DNA of 64,000 nt, taken from the NCBI GenBank assembly GCA_964016885.1, contig OZ024743.1, positions 186,558,001 through 186,622,000 of the forward strand. The letters run 5' to 3'. A model generated the notes under the pieces. It did not search any database. It was not told where the DNA came from and saw nothing but the letters and a program-made list of their open reading frames with translations. Shown in pieces: positions 33,845 to 47,939 of this stretch (position 1 is its first letter; every line of letters begins with the position of its first letter). The position numbers and the translations under genes are program-made. This DNA is from Eledone cirrhosa. Its lineage: Eukaryota.

Positions 33845-36800
33845 TGATATATATATATATGCTACAATATTTTCTATATATGCTACAATATTTTCTATAC
33901 CTTTCATTTATATATATATATATAATTGTTTAAGATCTATTTTTTATGCTATAGCAAGGGTTGGACTGATTGTCACAGACTTGTCAGTACCCAAGAAGTA
34001 GCGCTACTGAACTCTCAGTTGGGCTGGGGGGCTGCACTCACTCACACATATTCCCACTCTCTATTAATTGCTCTGACTAAATCCTTTTAAAGCAGTACTC
34101 CAGCATAGCCACAGTCTAGTGACTGTAAAGAATAAGAGAGTATATGTTGAGGAAGGATAAAATTGACTGGGTGAAAGGAGTGATGGAAATGAATGTGGAA
34201 GGTGGCAGAGGAAGGTAAAGGACCAAAAACATCATGGTTAAAAGAGATGGAGGAAATACAAACCTGGAAAACTGGTGAAGGGAAATACAGAGGATAGGGT
34301 AAAATAGAGAAGCTTATCATGGAGCCTGCAAATCGAACCTTTGCTTCTTGTCATTCTAGTAAATTTCTACAACCCCCACATTAAGTGCATATATCATCAT
34401 CAATTAACATCCATTTTCTCTGCTAGCATTGTTTGTATGGATTGTCATTGATCATGTCAGTTTGGAGCCACTGATCTCTGGTGGCTGAATCTCACTTACA
34501 TTTTATCATGACACTAACAGTAAAGAGGTTGCCATACACTTGACACAACAGAAGAGTCTTCTTGACTCATTTTGGCAAGGTTTCCACAGCTGGAAACCAC
34601 CACCTTACAGGATGGGCTGAGTGCATTTTTCATAGCAGCAGCACTAGTGAGGTGTCAGTTATTGATTGACTGAAGAACCCTCTCAATTTATTAATGTGAA
34701 GAGGAAGAGCAATAATCATAAAATAGTCAATCCCTCCTAGAGTGGGACACAGAAACAAATAGATGATGTTAATGCAGTTTGAAATGTTGATCTGAGGAAA
34801 AAGGCATAAAGAATAAAAATGTAAGCTACTTTGAGAGAGAAGCAAAAAGAAAAGGTGGAAGGAAGCAATAAATGGGTTTAGCTGGAGATGGTACATAGCA
34901 AGCTAGCTGAGAAGAGCAAGGATCTTTATAATAGCAGTGGAAGAAATAGAACAAAAACGTAAATTGGTAGGCTAATGCTATGAGTGAAGGCTTATTAATC
35001 ACAGGGATAACCTTTGCAGAAAATGTGTACCAGAATAGGTGTGTGTATGTGTGGATATATGTGTGATTGAATATGTATGTGTGCAAAGTGATGGGTTCAT
35101 ATAAAAAGACTATCTAGAATGCCAGAGAACTGATAAAAAAATCAAGTAAGCAGATCCCAATACTACCAATGTCTTTACAAAGTCAATAAATTCTAGGTAA
35201 TGGGTCTAAGCTACTCATTGGTAGTAACTTTTTCGTGTTGCCAGATACAATATCTTTGCTAAAATATACTGGAGATTATATATGTATATGCAAAGCTGAA
35301 ACAGTTCAAAACAAAACAAAAAGGATAAATAATAGATCAGAAATGCATGAGGCAGAATGGTTAATCTAGTGACCCCGTGCATACATTTTAAAGACACAGG
35401 CCAATTAGGTTTGTTTTGTTTTCAACTGTTTCAGTTTTGCATCTGAAAAGAGGATGATAGCCATGAAATATTATGCTAAAACATACTGGGTAAAACATTA
35501 TTTTGTTTTGTTTTATTTGTCATCATTTTCCCTTCGTATTTAATGTGATGTAAACAATGTGTTTTAGCTGGAAGAAAAATACTGTTGGTTTTACTGTGGC
35601 TTTAGAAGAAGAAGATTAAGAAAGACACTGGACAAATGTAGTGAAGTCAGATCTCTGGATGCTAGGCCTCACAGAAAAAATGATGGAAGGTCAAGATGAT
35701 TGTTGTTACACAATATAGCAGACCGATCCAGCTTGTGCCAGCAATATCCTTATTAACATTTTAACATTTATTTTTCCAGCATGGAAAAGCAAATGTTAAA
35801 ATGTTAATGATATTAAGTTTGAAGTGCATTTTAGCATTTTAGATAGAAAATATCAAGGGAATTATTCACAAAAAATGTTAGAAAGGAATTTCCAGTTGCT
35901 TTTTTATGACTTTAGGACTATATTTGTGTAGTTACCATTTTTTGTTCTAAGTTAGGAAGGAAAAATAAAAACCAACAGCATTGATAACCTTTTCAAGTTC
36001 AGTCAGAGTAGGGGATTGAGAGGTTTATATGATTAATACTCAATTTCAATTTCTAAAATTCAGTAGTCGGTTGGAAAATATGCACATAGAATGAACTGCA
36101 GAAATGCATTTTTCAGAAGAGAAAATTAAAAAAAGTGCTTTATGTAAACTGCAGGGAAGTACGTAAGCATATGAGAGATGGAAGTTGGAGTGGTGGGTGA
36201 AATGCAGGTGGTAGAATGGAGACAGTTGTATTAGTGGTAGAGGAGACAGAGAAAGAACAGTTTGATAATATGCCAGTGGTTTAAGAGTATTAGTGAATGA
36301 AGGATTGTCTGTCAAGTAGCTAGACATTTTTTTAATGTGATTCATCCTAAAAGAGTACTCCAGGGTAATGTGAACTTGTGCAATGTATAAAGTCAACATC
36401 TGTTTAAGGTTGAAATATATTTTGAATCTGAAAATCAATAACAGGTTTTGTGATGCAAATTTATTGATGTGATATATGTTTGGTTGGCATATGAAGTCAT
36501 CAGGGATAGTGAAGCCTTGGTAGAGAGTGTATAGTATTTCTTGATTTCACTCATTAGTAAAATGGATGTAGTATAGTAGATGCTTTAATTGCTTTTAGTA
36601 ACTTAGTTGCATTCAAAAGCACATCTGAACTGAAGATGACAAGGTTGATTCAGAGACTAGACAGTCCATAGTTTGTTTCCTCTTACTGGCATAGTACTGT
36701 TACACACTCCTGGTAAATAACTTACAAACCAGTTTACCAAGCAGTACTTGGGTACTATAATTATCTAAACTCACAATTGGCAGCAGCACTTTGAAATTAA

Positions 36801-37600
36801 GTATTGTTTCATAAATTGTAGAGCTGAGTGCTACTAAGATGTACTAGATCAAGATGACTTGCCTCAGATACATGACTCCAAATGGTATCACTTACAATCC
36901 AATTGGTTATACAATTCTCTTTCTCTCTCTCTCACCATATCTTACAAGCCTAACAATATTCCATTAACATGTCTGTTGCACAAATATTATTTTGTCATGT
37001 AAATAAGCCCATAACAGACACTTTATATTATTTCTAAATATTGTTAAAGTTTAAAAAAATAGTGAAGTTATTGATAACATCAAAAAAGGAATTTAAATAA
37101 TTCACAAATTTCTAGAGTTTTTCATTCTGTTTTCATTTATAACTCTTAACATCCTGTAATGGTTTATCAGAAAATATATAAAAATGGGGTATTTTAATTC
37201 AAATGTTTATAGTATCTTTATAACTGAACATAATATTGTGAAAAGTTGCAGTGAAGACCTTAATGTCTAATCGAATGCAGTAATAGTGTTGCTTTAGCAA
37301 GACTTTCTTGCTAAAGCAGTTCCACATGTGATACTGGGTGTTAAGTGTTAAAGTATAGATTTAGTAATCCTTTAGTAAATACACTTGCTTCATTCATATT
37401 TGTATTTGTGACTGAGCATGTATTGAAACCATTCATAATATATTATATTAAAATGAATTGACATTGTTTATGATTTTAAAAATCTTACAAAATGTTTATA
37501 TACACTGTTAAATAACTGTTTCAAAGGTTGTTCTGTTTATTCCTTCATTCATATAGATTTTCTTTTTAAATGTAGAAATATCTAAATCAAACATATTCTT

Positions 37601-37871
37601 TAGAATGTCTCAGGAAAGAATTGCTGGACAGATTTTATGAGCAAAACCAACTGGTAGGACACCAAGCAAGACTGTTGGATAACATCAATGAGTTTGGTTG
37701 GTCACACTTGGGGATCCAGCTGGATCAGTTGGAGACAATTGCTTCTGACAGGACCTGCTGGAAGGAATGTTCGAGGACTCTACCCCAACAACCCTCTTGG
37801 GAATAAGTGGGTGAAGAAGAAGAAGAAGAAGAAGAAGAAGAAGAAGAAGAAGAAGAAGAAGAAAATGAAGA
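37601..37871 (+). mobile_element. Rex3/Expander-like RTE 3' fragment with (GAA)n tail and ~32-bp TSD
   Basis: Homologous to 63760-64000. AAATGTAGA(A)ATATC(T/G)AAATCAAACATATTCTT at 37568-37600 and 37872-37903. Confidence 0.8.
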
Positions 37872-38016
37872 AAATGTAGAATATCGAAATCAAACATATT
37901 CTTAAAGAAATAGTGAAAGAACTTATCATAGAATGCCACTATCAGATTAAAACGTTATCTTATCAGGAGAGTGAATGCCATTAGAAAAGAAAGAATAGTT
38001 TAAAATATTTGATTAC

Positions 38017-38076
38017 CGGTGGATTTAATTCTACTGTATAGTTTCTGTAGGCTTCTTCTGCTGCTGAAGCAAGTTT
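38017..38076 (-). CDS. cacna2d: Exon (60 bp, phase 0/0) of a calcium channel alpha2/delta subunit: KLASAAEEAYRNYTVELNPP
   Basis: Minus strand ttttaattccag|AAACTT...CCACCG|gtaatc. Resembles the alpha2delta (R/K)L..AAE segment and splices in frame to the next exon. Confidence 0.75.
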
Positions 38077-38179
38077 CTGGAATTAAAAATAAAAAAAGAA
38101 TACAATTAGATAAAAAAATACATAAAAGGAAATAATGGAGATGTTGTTTCTTTCCTTATTTACATGCTTAGTAAAGAAC

Positions 38180-38441
38180 TAACCCTTTTAATATCAAACT
38201 ACCTGGAACCGCCCCTGTTTCTATAATATGAAGCTGTTTATTTTAAAGTGCTTATATTTATCTAAAGACCTTCCATTATAATTTTATGTAAGACATTTTG
38301 TTAAGTCATGTTTCAAAATCAGCTTAATAATGAGAAAGTTAGATATTTTACTATATACTTCTAAATTCTTGATTATTTTCAAATTGATTTGAAAAACATA
38401 GGCAGCATAATTCATTAGAAATATGGTAAGGAAAGGGTTAA
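38180..38441. mobile_element. piggyBac-like MITE
   Basis: (C)TAA-CCCTTT...AAAGGG-TTAA termini with imperfect TIRs. Confidence 0.55.
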
Positions 38442-38736
38442 ATGTAAGCAATAACAAGAGCAGCACTGTAAAATTAAAGATTGATTAATAAGTTAGCTGA
38501 CAGAGATGGGTGAAACCAAGCTGACTTGCCTTAGATATATGACTCCAAGTGACATTTCCTATGGCAAAATGGCTTATGAAACTCACTTTCTCTTACTTTT
38601 TTCCCTCACTCTCTCTTACTTCCCCACTCTCTCACACTCATACAATTATATCTTACCAATATATTCAAATAAAGCAGAGCTTTGGGAAAGTTGACCCCAT
38701 AAAGAATTTTCAGCTTACACACACATGCACCCCCCC

Positions 38737-38787
<51 letters not shown>

Positions 38788-40478
38788 AGATGTGAGAGAA
38801 ATCTTGTTCATCTATGGAGACCCTACTGTTTTTGAAGAGGAAATTCAAAGAAGTGGGAATGTCACCTTTCATCCCAGGTTTGTCCAATTAGCGTCAACCT
38901 GGGACTCAACCACTGTTTTCTGAAACAAGAGATCCTCCATGTTGTTGCTCTAACTGCTAGAGATATTAGCCCCCATCTTTCTCATATCATATCCTTCTGC
39001 CTTAGAAAAGTAGATATTGATAATGTATTTTGGAATAACCTAAATCTAAAAAAAACCCAGATGGTCATAGCGCCCATGCTTTTACACTAGCTTTGCTGGA
39101 TTAGGGTTAAACAGTAACTACAAATGTTTTTTTCTAATACATTAAAAAGAACAATGTAAGGTAGAGAAATAAAAAAGAATATTCAAGTATGTGCATGCAC
39201 ATAAATTTTCAAATAGCAATTTAAATATGATTGATTGAGTTCAGATAAAATCACTGATGCATGTTTGTAACATAAAGCAAGAAATGCAAACAGTCATACA
39301 GAAAACATATTTCTTGGTAGCTTAACAATCTATGGTCCAATTTCTCTCTTTGTTTTGTTCATATTCTTGCTAAAGACAAAAATCAACATTAATTTTGAAT
39401 CTACTTTTCTATGCAGGCACGGGTTAAACAGAACGGTTTTGAAGCAATGTTTTACAGCCAGATGCCTTTCCTGACACCAACCATTTGGTTGCCTTTTATG
39501 ACACAGGAATATAGCATACCTATTCTAATTACTGAGATACACACTGCATACAAGAAAATGTATACAACAAATACATTACACACCATGAAAGATAGTCATG
39601 AACAAAGCTGGAAAATATTCTTGTTTATATATAATATAAATGCAACACAAAGACACTTGTGTATGTGGTTTTCTAAAATATATAACTGGGAAGTTGATGT
39701 TATATGTGTAAAACCAAAGAACCACCACTGTTTTAAAGAATCAAACATCTGGATGTTTATGCATATTCATAATGAAGCTAGTTAATTAAAAAGATACACA
39801 TGGGGGAAACATCAAAGGGATATTCATTCCAGCACGTGCAACAGACTGCTGCTTGGTAAAATTATTTGGCCTAGTTTTCTATTTTTATGGAAATATATTG
39901 TGAAAATACCATTAACTCAGTAAATTGTGCTACCATATTTCTTTTAAAACATTAATATTTTCTTTTGTTGAAGAATTTTCAGGAATATATCACATAAACT
40001 TCAATTATTTTGTTGCTAACTGTTTCTTTGAGTATCCCAGAGCGTCTTTGAACAATGAAATACGACTTTAGTTAGTATCATGAAATCTCAGCTTCAAAGT
40101 AATTATTTTTTCTCCACAATAGAAAAGAAGACATACATAAATCTTTATGGGTGTGTGTGTGTGAAAAGAGACAAAGATCGTTGATAAAAAAAGGGGGAAA
40201 TCTAATGACTATAATGTGTATGAGGGTAAAGAAAACATCAGAACTGATAAAACAGAGAAAGTTATAGTTAAAGGCAAAATGTAACAGAAAGCTAAAGTGA
40301 AAATGTTTATTAAAAAAAAAAAATTAGTTAATTGAATATTGATTATTCTAGGGAAGTAGCACAATCAATTGAATAATATGGGATATCGGTGGTACTTATT
40401 TTATTGTCACTAGAATGATTAAAGGTAATATATATGTATTTCTCTCTCGATATATGTGTGTGTGTGTGTGCGTGCATG

Positions 40479-40510
<32 letters not shown>

Positions 40511-40511
40511 A

Positions 40512-40542
<31 letters not shown>

Positions 40543-40552
40543 AATATATATA

Positions 40553-42678
40553 CGGCCTATCCGTAACACAGGGTTGTCAACTTCTTGGACGTGACCCTGG
40601 AGTTGAGTACGGGCTTATACAAGCCATACCATAAGCCTGGAGAGTGCCTCTCTTATATTAATTATGCCTCCAACCACCCTAAGCAGACTCTCAACTCCAT
40701 AGTCTATAGTATCTCACATAGAATCTCGAGGCTATCCGCCAATGAGGATATCTTCAACCAAGCGGCTGATTACTACAATAGGTCCCTGATAAGCGCCGGC
40801 TTTAACCGAGGAATTTCCTACATCCCTAACGCTAGCTCTAGAAACCACCCCCCTCATAAAACTAACGTTATAGTAAGCCATACTTATAACCGATCACGCG
40901 GCGACCTCGTTAAAGTCGGATATAATAGAATAGATAACCGCACCAAAGATCACGTCCCCGGCGACGGTGAATACTGTAGATTACTCAAACTATTCCCCTA
41001 TTACAAAACCAACAAAGGCGACGGCCTACTACCAACGCCTTCCAACCAACATCTTCGTGTACATAAACATGGAAGAGGTAGAAGGAGTGTACCCGAGCAT
41101 AAAGTGAAAGGGGCACCGAACGGGCGACAGCGCATTAACACACATAAGAGCGATCACTTAGATGGAACCACCCGTAGCAAAAGTACAAGGACACGTAATC
41201 GCCACCGTAACGTCCTATCGTTCCACCCCCCTACTCTCGAAGTGTGGCCTCCAACATACCCCGGATATTCTTCGAAGCCTTAGAGAAGAACTTCCCACCC
41301 AACCATAGGTATAGAAAAATTCTTAATAGGAACAATATAAAAATATCCTTCTCTACTACTCCTAACCTAGCAGACATCATAGGAACAACGAACCACAGTA
41401 AGATCACCAAGACACAGCACCTCGACACAGACGCACCTACACATGACAATAACTATATCGGCCTAAACAACTCCCTGACAGCATCCAATAGTGTTGGCAG
41501 CGGCATCCGCAGACGCAACCAGAATGACCGCGAAGTGACTGGGGAACATGCAGAACATGACGTGCGGAATAACAATCGCACCATCCCGCGTGCTGTGGGT
41601 TGTAATTGTGCTAACGACAGCTGCGGTAGCGTAGGTAACAACGTAGGCAGCAATAATGATAGCCTTACCGTGGGAAATAGACGGAACCGCGACAGAAATT
41701 GCAACTGCCACGACAGAGGACGCTGCCCCTTAGAGGATACTGCTTGACTGATAGGGTTATATATAGATGCACTATTACTAGCCACAATAGCGTTAAACAT
41801 TATATAGGGGCCACCTCCGGCCCGTTCAAAATTAGGTTTCGAACACATCTCCACTCTTTCACAAATAGAAAACTAAGGCACTCCACTTCGCTCGCGGACT
41901 ACATCACATCACTAAAGGACTTAAACATCAGCTTCTCCACGCACTGGGAGATTGTCGGCAGGGCTGCACCGTACAACTTCAAGAGGAAATGCGATCTTTG
42001 CCTCATGGAGCTCTACCACATCATAACTGCACCCCACGAGCTCATCAACAGCAGAGCTGAAACAGCGATAAGTTGTACACATCGCTTAAAAATATCCTTC
42101 TTTAGATGGGTTAAGAATGAAGAGTGAAATAGTACACTGGATCTCCCTGCAACAAGTCTTAATACCCCGGCGGGCAGGCGCAGCAAAATAACACCCAGAA
42201 AACAATCCTTGCATACCAGACCCAGCCTCAGAGAAACGGATGCGGCAAAAAAAAAAAAAAAAAAAAAATTATCCAGGAAAGACTGCCCTAACACCGGCCA
42301 GAGTTACCTCCCTTGACCTGCTGCAAAATCAAAACAAGATATTTTTGCGAGCAATGAATATTGATGTAGATTTAACCCCCAAAACTCTTTCCGAACTATA
42401 TAAGGAACACTTGTGATTATTTATGCCCTTGAGAAGCCCAACTGGGCGAAACGTACGTAGGTGATATTTTAAATAAACATGTTTTAACGGTCTATTCTCC
42501 GATTTTTTACTTTCCCACGTGCTTACGCTCTGCTAACTCTCTAGCCCACTAAATATTAACACTTCGAATATTTAATACTGCCGGCACTAGTATCGAGCAC
42601 CTTTGGCATACGCTACTTGGCAAATAACTATATGTATCACCTATCCCTCCTTTTTCTCTCTTTCTCGATACGTAAATA
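40553..42678 (+). mobile_element. 5'-truncated Penelope-like element (Naiad-type): RT C-terminus/thumb, GIY-YIG endonuclease and pLTR; two frameshifts
   Basis: VNFLDVT, PYHKP..YIN.ASNHP, FHPP/YS, FPPNH..KILNRN.IKISFS, CNC-x5-CP-x4-C, VIY..HYIGAT..FKIRF..H..SF, CDLC..E, INSRAE, CTH. Frameshifts near 41230 and 41735; TA flanks. Confidence 0.88.
42421..42466 (+). ncRNA. Minimal hammerhead motif with a U3-A8 core variant
   Basis: TTGAGAA(42429-35)-GCCCA-AC-TGGGC-GAAA-CGTACG-TA; palindromic ACGTACGT helix III; weak helix I. Confidence 0.6.
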
Positions 42679-42754
42679 CTATATATAAATATATATATAT
42701 ATAAATATATATATATATAAATATATATATATATAAATATATATATATATAAAT

Positions 42755-42824
<70 letters not shown>

Positions 42825-43624
42825 TTAAATCAGAATATAATGGAAACAAATACTGTTTCTCTACTACTTTTGCTATCTCACTGTCCTTCAAAAACTGTAT
42901 ATTAAACAAATGAAAGGTTTTCACAAGCCTAACTCTTTTATCACTTAGTGTGTCAAGACAGCACTCTACACTTCCATCAAGAATTAAGGGCAGTCCAGTC
43001 AGGAAGAAAGGCAATGCACATGAACCATTTTTGGGTCTCTGAGTTTTGGGTCTGTAGCAATCCATTTTACAAGTATTTAGGCTAGATTTTTGGTTTGAGC
43101 ATACCTTCCATCCTACCCCTCACCAATATTGGCAACCATCAAAAGGGTCATAGGTACTGTTCTTCCTACTTTGACTAAATAGTAAAACAACACAATAACA
43201 ACATCTTGAAACTGGAAACCTGGCTTGTAATAGTGGACTCTGCTAAGGTTGGACAAGGGCCATGTGATGGATTAAATCTACTACCAAAGTTGACCATGAA
43301 CACAAAGATCTGGAACAAGTACCATAAGATTTTTTACTCTTACTATTCAACTAGTTCATCATCCTAGACTGTTACTTTATTTAGCGACTTCAGAAAAAGA
43401 ACGGCAAAGTTGATATCAGCAAGATTTGAACTCAGAATTGTAAGAGCCAGAATAAGTATGGCAAGGTATTTTATCAGATGTTCTAATGCTTCTGACAATT
43501 TAACACCAACTAATAGTTATTTAAATTTTGTTGGATTATCATGTATTGTTTTTAAATAAATAATAACCTAAGGAGAAGTAGCAATATCCAATAAGTGTGG
43601 GATCTCCATTGCTTCCAATAATAA

Positions 43625-43917
43625 GCGCTCCAGTTGATTCAATCATTGGAACTTTCTGCTCATTAAATTAATGTGTATGTCATTATATCACTGAACATTC
43701 TATAGGCATGAGTACTGTTAGGGAAATTCATCATGACAGAATATGTGACAAAGCTGGTCACTTGAATTGCAGGTAGAAGGCATTTTGTCAACTCAGTAGA
43801 CTGGTGCAATATAAAATAAAGTGTATTTCTCAAGGAAACAATTTACTGCCCAGTCCAGGAATCAAACTCACAACCTTATGATTGTGAGTTGAACACCCTA
43901 ACCACTAAAGCATGTGC
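43625..43917 (-). mobile_element. Old tRNA-derived SINE, family B
   Basis: Head GCACATGCTTTAGTGGTTAGGGTG...GAGTTTGATTCCTGG (A/B boxes) followed by CCTTGAGAAATACACTT. A related body fragment lies at about 59290-59385. Confidence 0.65.
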
Positions 43918-45078
43918 TTTTCCTGTCCAATGACTAGGTCACTAATGTTAACAAGTTATAGAGTAGGAAATATAACTGGGCTATATCAACAAATTGATAG
44001 GATAGAGTTGGAAAGAAGAGCAGATTTAAAATAGGAAACCACAGATTAAGGTTATTAGAGATATAAATAAACAATGAGCCAGGAGGACTCTTTATATGTG
44101 TCAAAGATATGACAGTTTCTCTAGTGAGCCATACAATAACTGTACCCAGTAAAGTGATTGGTGATAGGAAAAGGATCGAACTGTAGAAAATCTGCCAAAA
44201 AGGGTTAAGAAGACTCTTCAAAGACATGGCAACCTACCTAGTACTGGTGCCAGGATAAAATGCATTTGGTAGAGTGTGAGCATATATGTAAGTCAGATGC
44301 AAGCTCTCAGCCTATCTGAGAGATCAGTAGCTCTGCTTGTGTACTAATTCTGTAAAGACCTATCTAACCTTTGCTAGCATGTCAGACAGATGTTAAATGT
44401 TGATGATGATGATTTGAAGAGGAAGAAAGCTTGTGAAGATAGGTGAGTCAGTTCAGGTCCATACAGCTTAAATATTCTTCTTCCTCTATGTCTATGATTT
44501 ATGATGTTTTGTTTTGAACTGTATTTCTGAGTTCAAATCCTGATAATAACTTTGATTCTCATTTCTTTCAAATTGTGAGATTATGTATTAGCAATATACT
44601 TGAAACTGTGTTCATTGATTATCTCATTACTTTCACAAAAATATTTTTGCATTCAAAGAAGAAATGATATAAATAATGTGTAAGTTGAAAGCTGCATAGA
44701 TACAATATAGAAACAATATAGATACAATACAGAAAGTACTACCTTCAGATGGTCTTTATAAACAATAGATAATGGCAAGAATCAACATAACTGTAAATCA
44801 TAGGTAATTGGAAAAAACCCAACAAATATTGACAAATTAACAGTGTTGGGGAATATTGACTCTCAATAAAAAAATAAAGAAATAAAAGTAGAATTATATT
44901 TAATTTTGCTGAATTTCCCACCTTGAAAGACATCAATCTTTTCATTTTCTGGATAAGATTGTTTAATAGATGGTAGCGATAATTAATGATATTTTATTGA
45001 TATACAAAATTTATTACAAAAATTTGATGTGCAATTTATCAATCCAACTTTTCTCCGATAACAATTTTTACATTGTGT

Positions 45079-45216
<138 letters not shown>

Positions 45217-46167
45217 CAGGAAAGAAAATAATATTGTGAAATTTTCAAATTTTTCTGATGAATTAACATGTTAAACTTAACTTTATGCCTTTGAAATTGG
45301 CAATACATCACAAATACATTCCCTGTATATATATATAGTGAATTAAAAGTACATTTTCATTCTTCTGTAAACCAATTTATTACAAAAAGCAATATAGTTG
45401 GTTGCTAAATTATGATAACTTTCAATTTTCATGGTGAAATATGCTTTCTGTATTTTTCACAACCAATTTAACTCATTATTCTGAACTCAAAGAATTCTCT
45501 ATCTATATAATTTGGTTTCCAGCTAGTAGGGTTTTTTCTCTTGTTCTATTTAAAATTTTAGATTATAAGCCATGGAAGCTAATAATGAGAAATATGAAAT
45601 AAGAAAATTGACTGTTTCATGAACATATTTCTCATGAAATACATTGAATGCATTTCAATTAATAAAAAAAAAATCAAGAATTTGGAGGGTTTTGATAAAA
45701 TTAGTTCTTCATTAGTTAAGAAGATAAGAAAGTTCTTACATAAAATTATGATGGACGGTTTAAATTTAGATCTGAACATTGTAAAATGGATTGTTTTATC
45801 ACAAGACACAAGAGGGCTTCAGGTGGGTTGGTATTGAAAGGGTGAAGTTTAATTTTTACATAAGATCTGTACATAAGATGGTTATTCCATAGTCATGAAT
45901 ATTCCTATATTTCTAAAAGTGGATAGATTTTCATAGTAGGATTTTACAGAATATTTGGTTGTGGTCACAGATAGTTGGGTATATTATTTTCATGTTATTG
46001 ATGGGGATTCTGTTACCTGTTATGACAACATTTATTATCTTGTCAACCTACAGCTAGGTTTAATAATGGTTTAGAACTTTAAGAATTGTATCAAGTTGTT
46101 GATAAATTTTAGTGTGCTACTGGAATAACCATTGGTAAAATGAAGCTTGATAGATAAGGACATTAAT

Positions 46168-46352
46168 TGTTTCTACTTTAGGCACAAGGCCAGCAATTAC
46201 CCAGTACATTACTGGTACTTTATTTTATCGACCCCGTAAGGATGAAAAGCAAAGTTAACCTCAGCGGGATTTGAACTCAGACTGTAAAGGGACGTAACTA
46301 TGCTAGAAAGCATGGTGTCCATGCCCTCTACCGATACTGCCAATTCACCGCC
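46168..46352 (-). mobile_element. Full-length tRNA-derived SINE, family A, with 18-bp TSD
   Basis: ATAGATAAGGACATTAAT at 46150-46167 and 46353-46370; head GGCGGTGAATTGGCAGTATCGG. Confidence 0.92.
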
Positions 46353-47336
46353 ATAGATAAGGACATTAATGTAATGAAAAAAGAATGTTGTGAATGTCAC
46401 AAAATTCATCTTGGGAACTGCCAAAGACTTACTGTATATAGTTGAATATATGTCGAGAAATATGACAAAAAAAGCGATAGTAAAATGTGGAGTCGGTTTA
46501 TATTTTGCTGATTTTCATCAACTTCAAAATTCTACGTAAAAAAAGGTACTACAATATTTTCGCATTGGAAGTGAATATTAAACCAGTTTCACTTTGGGGG
46601 TGAATATTACATTGGTTTCACCTTCGACATGAAATTCATATTTTCTATTGTTTTTGATATTTTGAATGAATAGGATCTTCAAAACTGTTGGAATATGATA
46701 AAAAATCATTACATAATGAAGTTGTGAAACAAAAACTATTCTCTAAATGGCACTTAAAAACATTCTAAATATCAAAATATTGAAACTTCGTGAGAATTTC
46801 AAAACCACACCATTTAAACATAATGTGTTGATTACCTGCCTTGGTTTATGAACAGGATTTGGACTTTTGTCTATTTCTCAGACATAAAAAAGGGGACAGC
46901 ATATATTTGGATTGGCTTTTATTTGAGTATATATGGTAGTTCTCTATATGTGAGGTAATGGAAAAAAGTTTACACTAGAGCAAAATTTTATGAATGAGAA
47001 TAAAAAAAAACAAGATACTTTATTATGCTTCATAAAAATAGTTTATTTTCTCATTTTTCTGTGTTGTGTGACACACTAAGAATATCCCAAATGCTATTAG
47101 ATATAGAGGCATTATATATAAACATATATTAGCTTAATTGATTAAGTTTCTCATAGGTTTTAAAATAAAAGATAAAACAAACCAATAAAAATAATTAAAC
47201 CACTTAATTGCATATGGTGATATACGGACACAATATACAATGAAGGAGACACAGGAAATATAGTGAAGTGACTACATAGAGGTTTCCTCACTGATTGATA
47301 AAAGGATTATAAAGTAATGATGTTTATGTAGTTTAG

Positions 47337-47542
47337 CCCTTTAGCATTTAAACTGGCTGTATCTGGCAAGAATTCTCATCTCTTTCTGTTCAAACCAGCC
47401 ATAACTGGCCACTCGTACTAATGTTAAGGTATTGTTCTCAAAATCAATAATATCAAAATCTCATAGATTCGATATTATGTGAGGTAAGGTCTTTACTGCG
47501 AAAATACAATAGTAAATAAAGAGAAATGTAAATGCTAAAGGG
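47337..47542. mobile_element. piggyBac-like MITE (a partial relative lies at about 50470-50635)
   Basis: Perfect 14-bp TIR CCCTTTAGCATTTA/TAAATGCTAAAGGG, flanked by TTAG and TCAA (degenerate TTAA). Confidence 0.7.
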
Positions 47543-47939
47543 TCAAGTGCTAGACTACTAACAAAAAAAAGCTGACATTTTATTAAAACCATTTTAGTGT
47601 ACTACTTAGCATCCTGTAACTCAGCTTGAATTGGTTTCTCTGACTAATTCCATTCCCAATTCATTGTTGAGGAGTAGGACTTGCTGTTGCTGTTTAGCTT
47701 CAGCTCAGCTATGATGAAACAGACCTATGATTATATTATTTGTTTAAGATATAGCATTCTTTTTATTATCAGTAATTTAATATAATAAATATCTTTCACA
47801 CACACACATATATATATATAAGAAAAACAAAGAAGGGAATAATAAAAGAAGGAAAATAAAGGGGAGAAGACCCACACACTCAATCATATGTCAAAATAAG
47901 GTGTGCAGGCGTTTCCTTCTTTGAGTGTTTGAGGCAAGC

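Noticed and set aside
39320-39369. Candidate upstream alpha2/delta exon (QEYEQNKERNWTID)
   Set aside because: In-frame TAA after 15 codons and no convincing donor site.
41690-42127. Selenoprotein-type Naiad (UGA at conserved Cys)
   Set aside because: All conserved Cys codons here are TGC/TGT; the TGA near 41745 results from a 1-bp frameshift.
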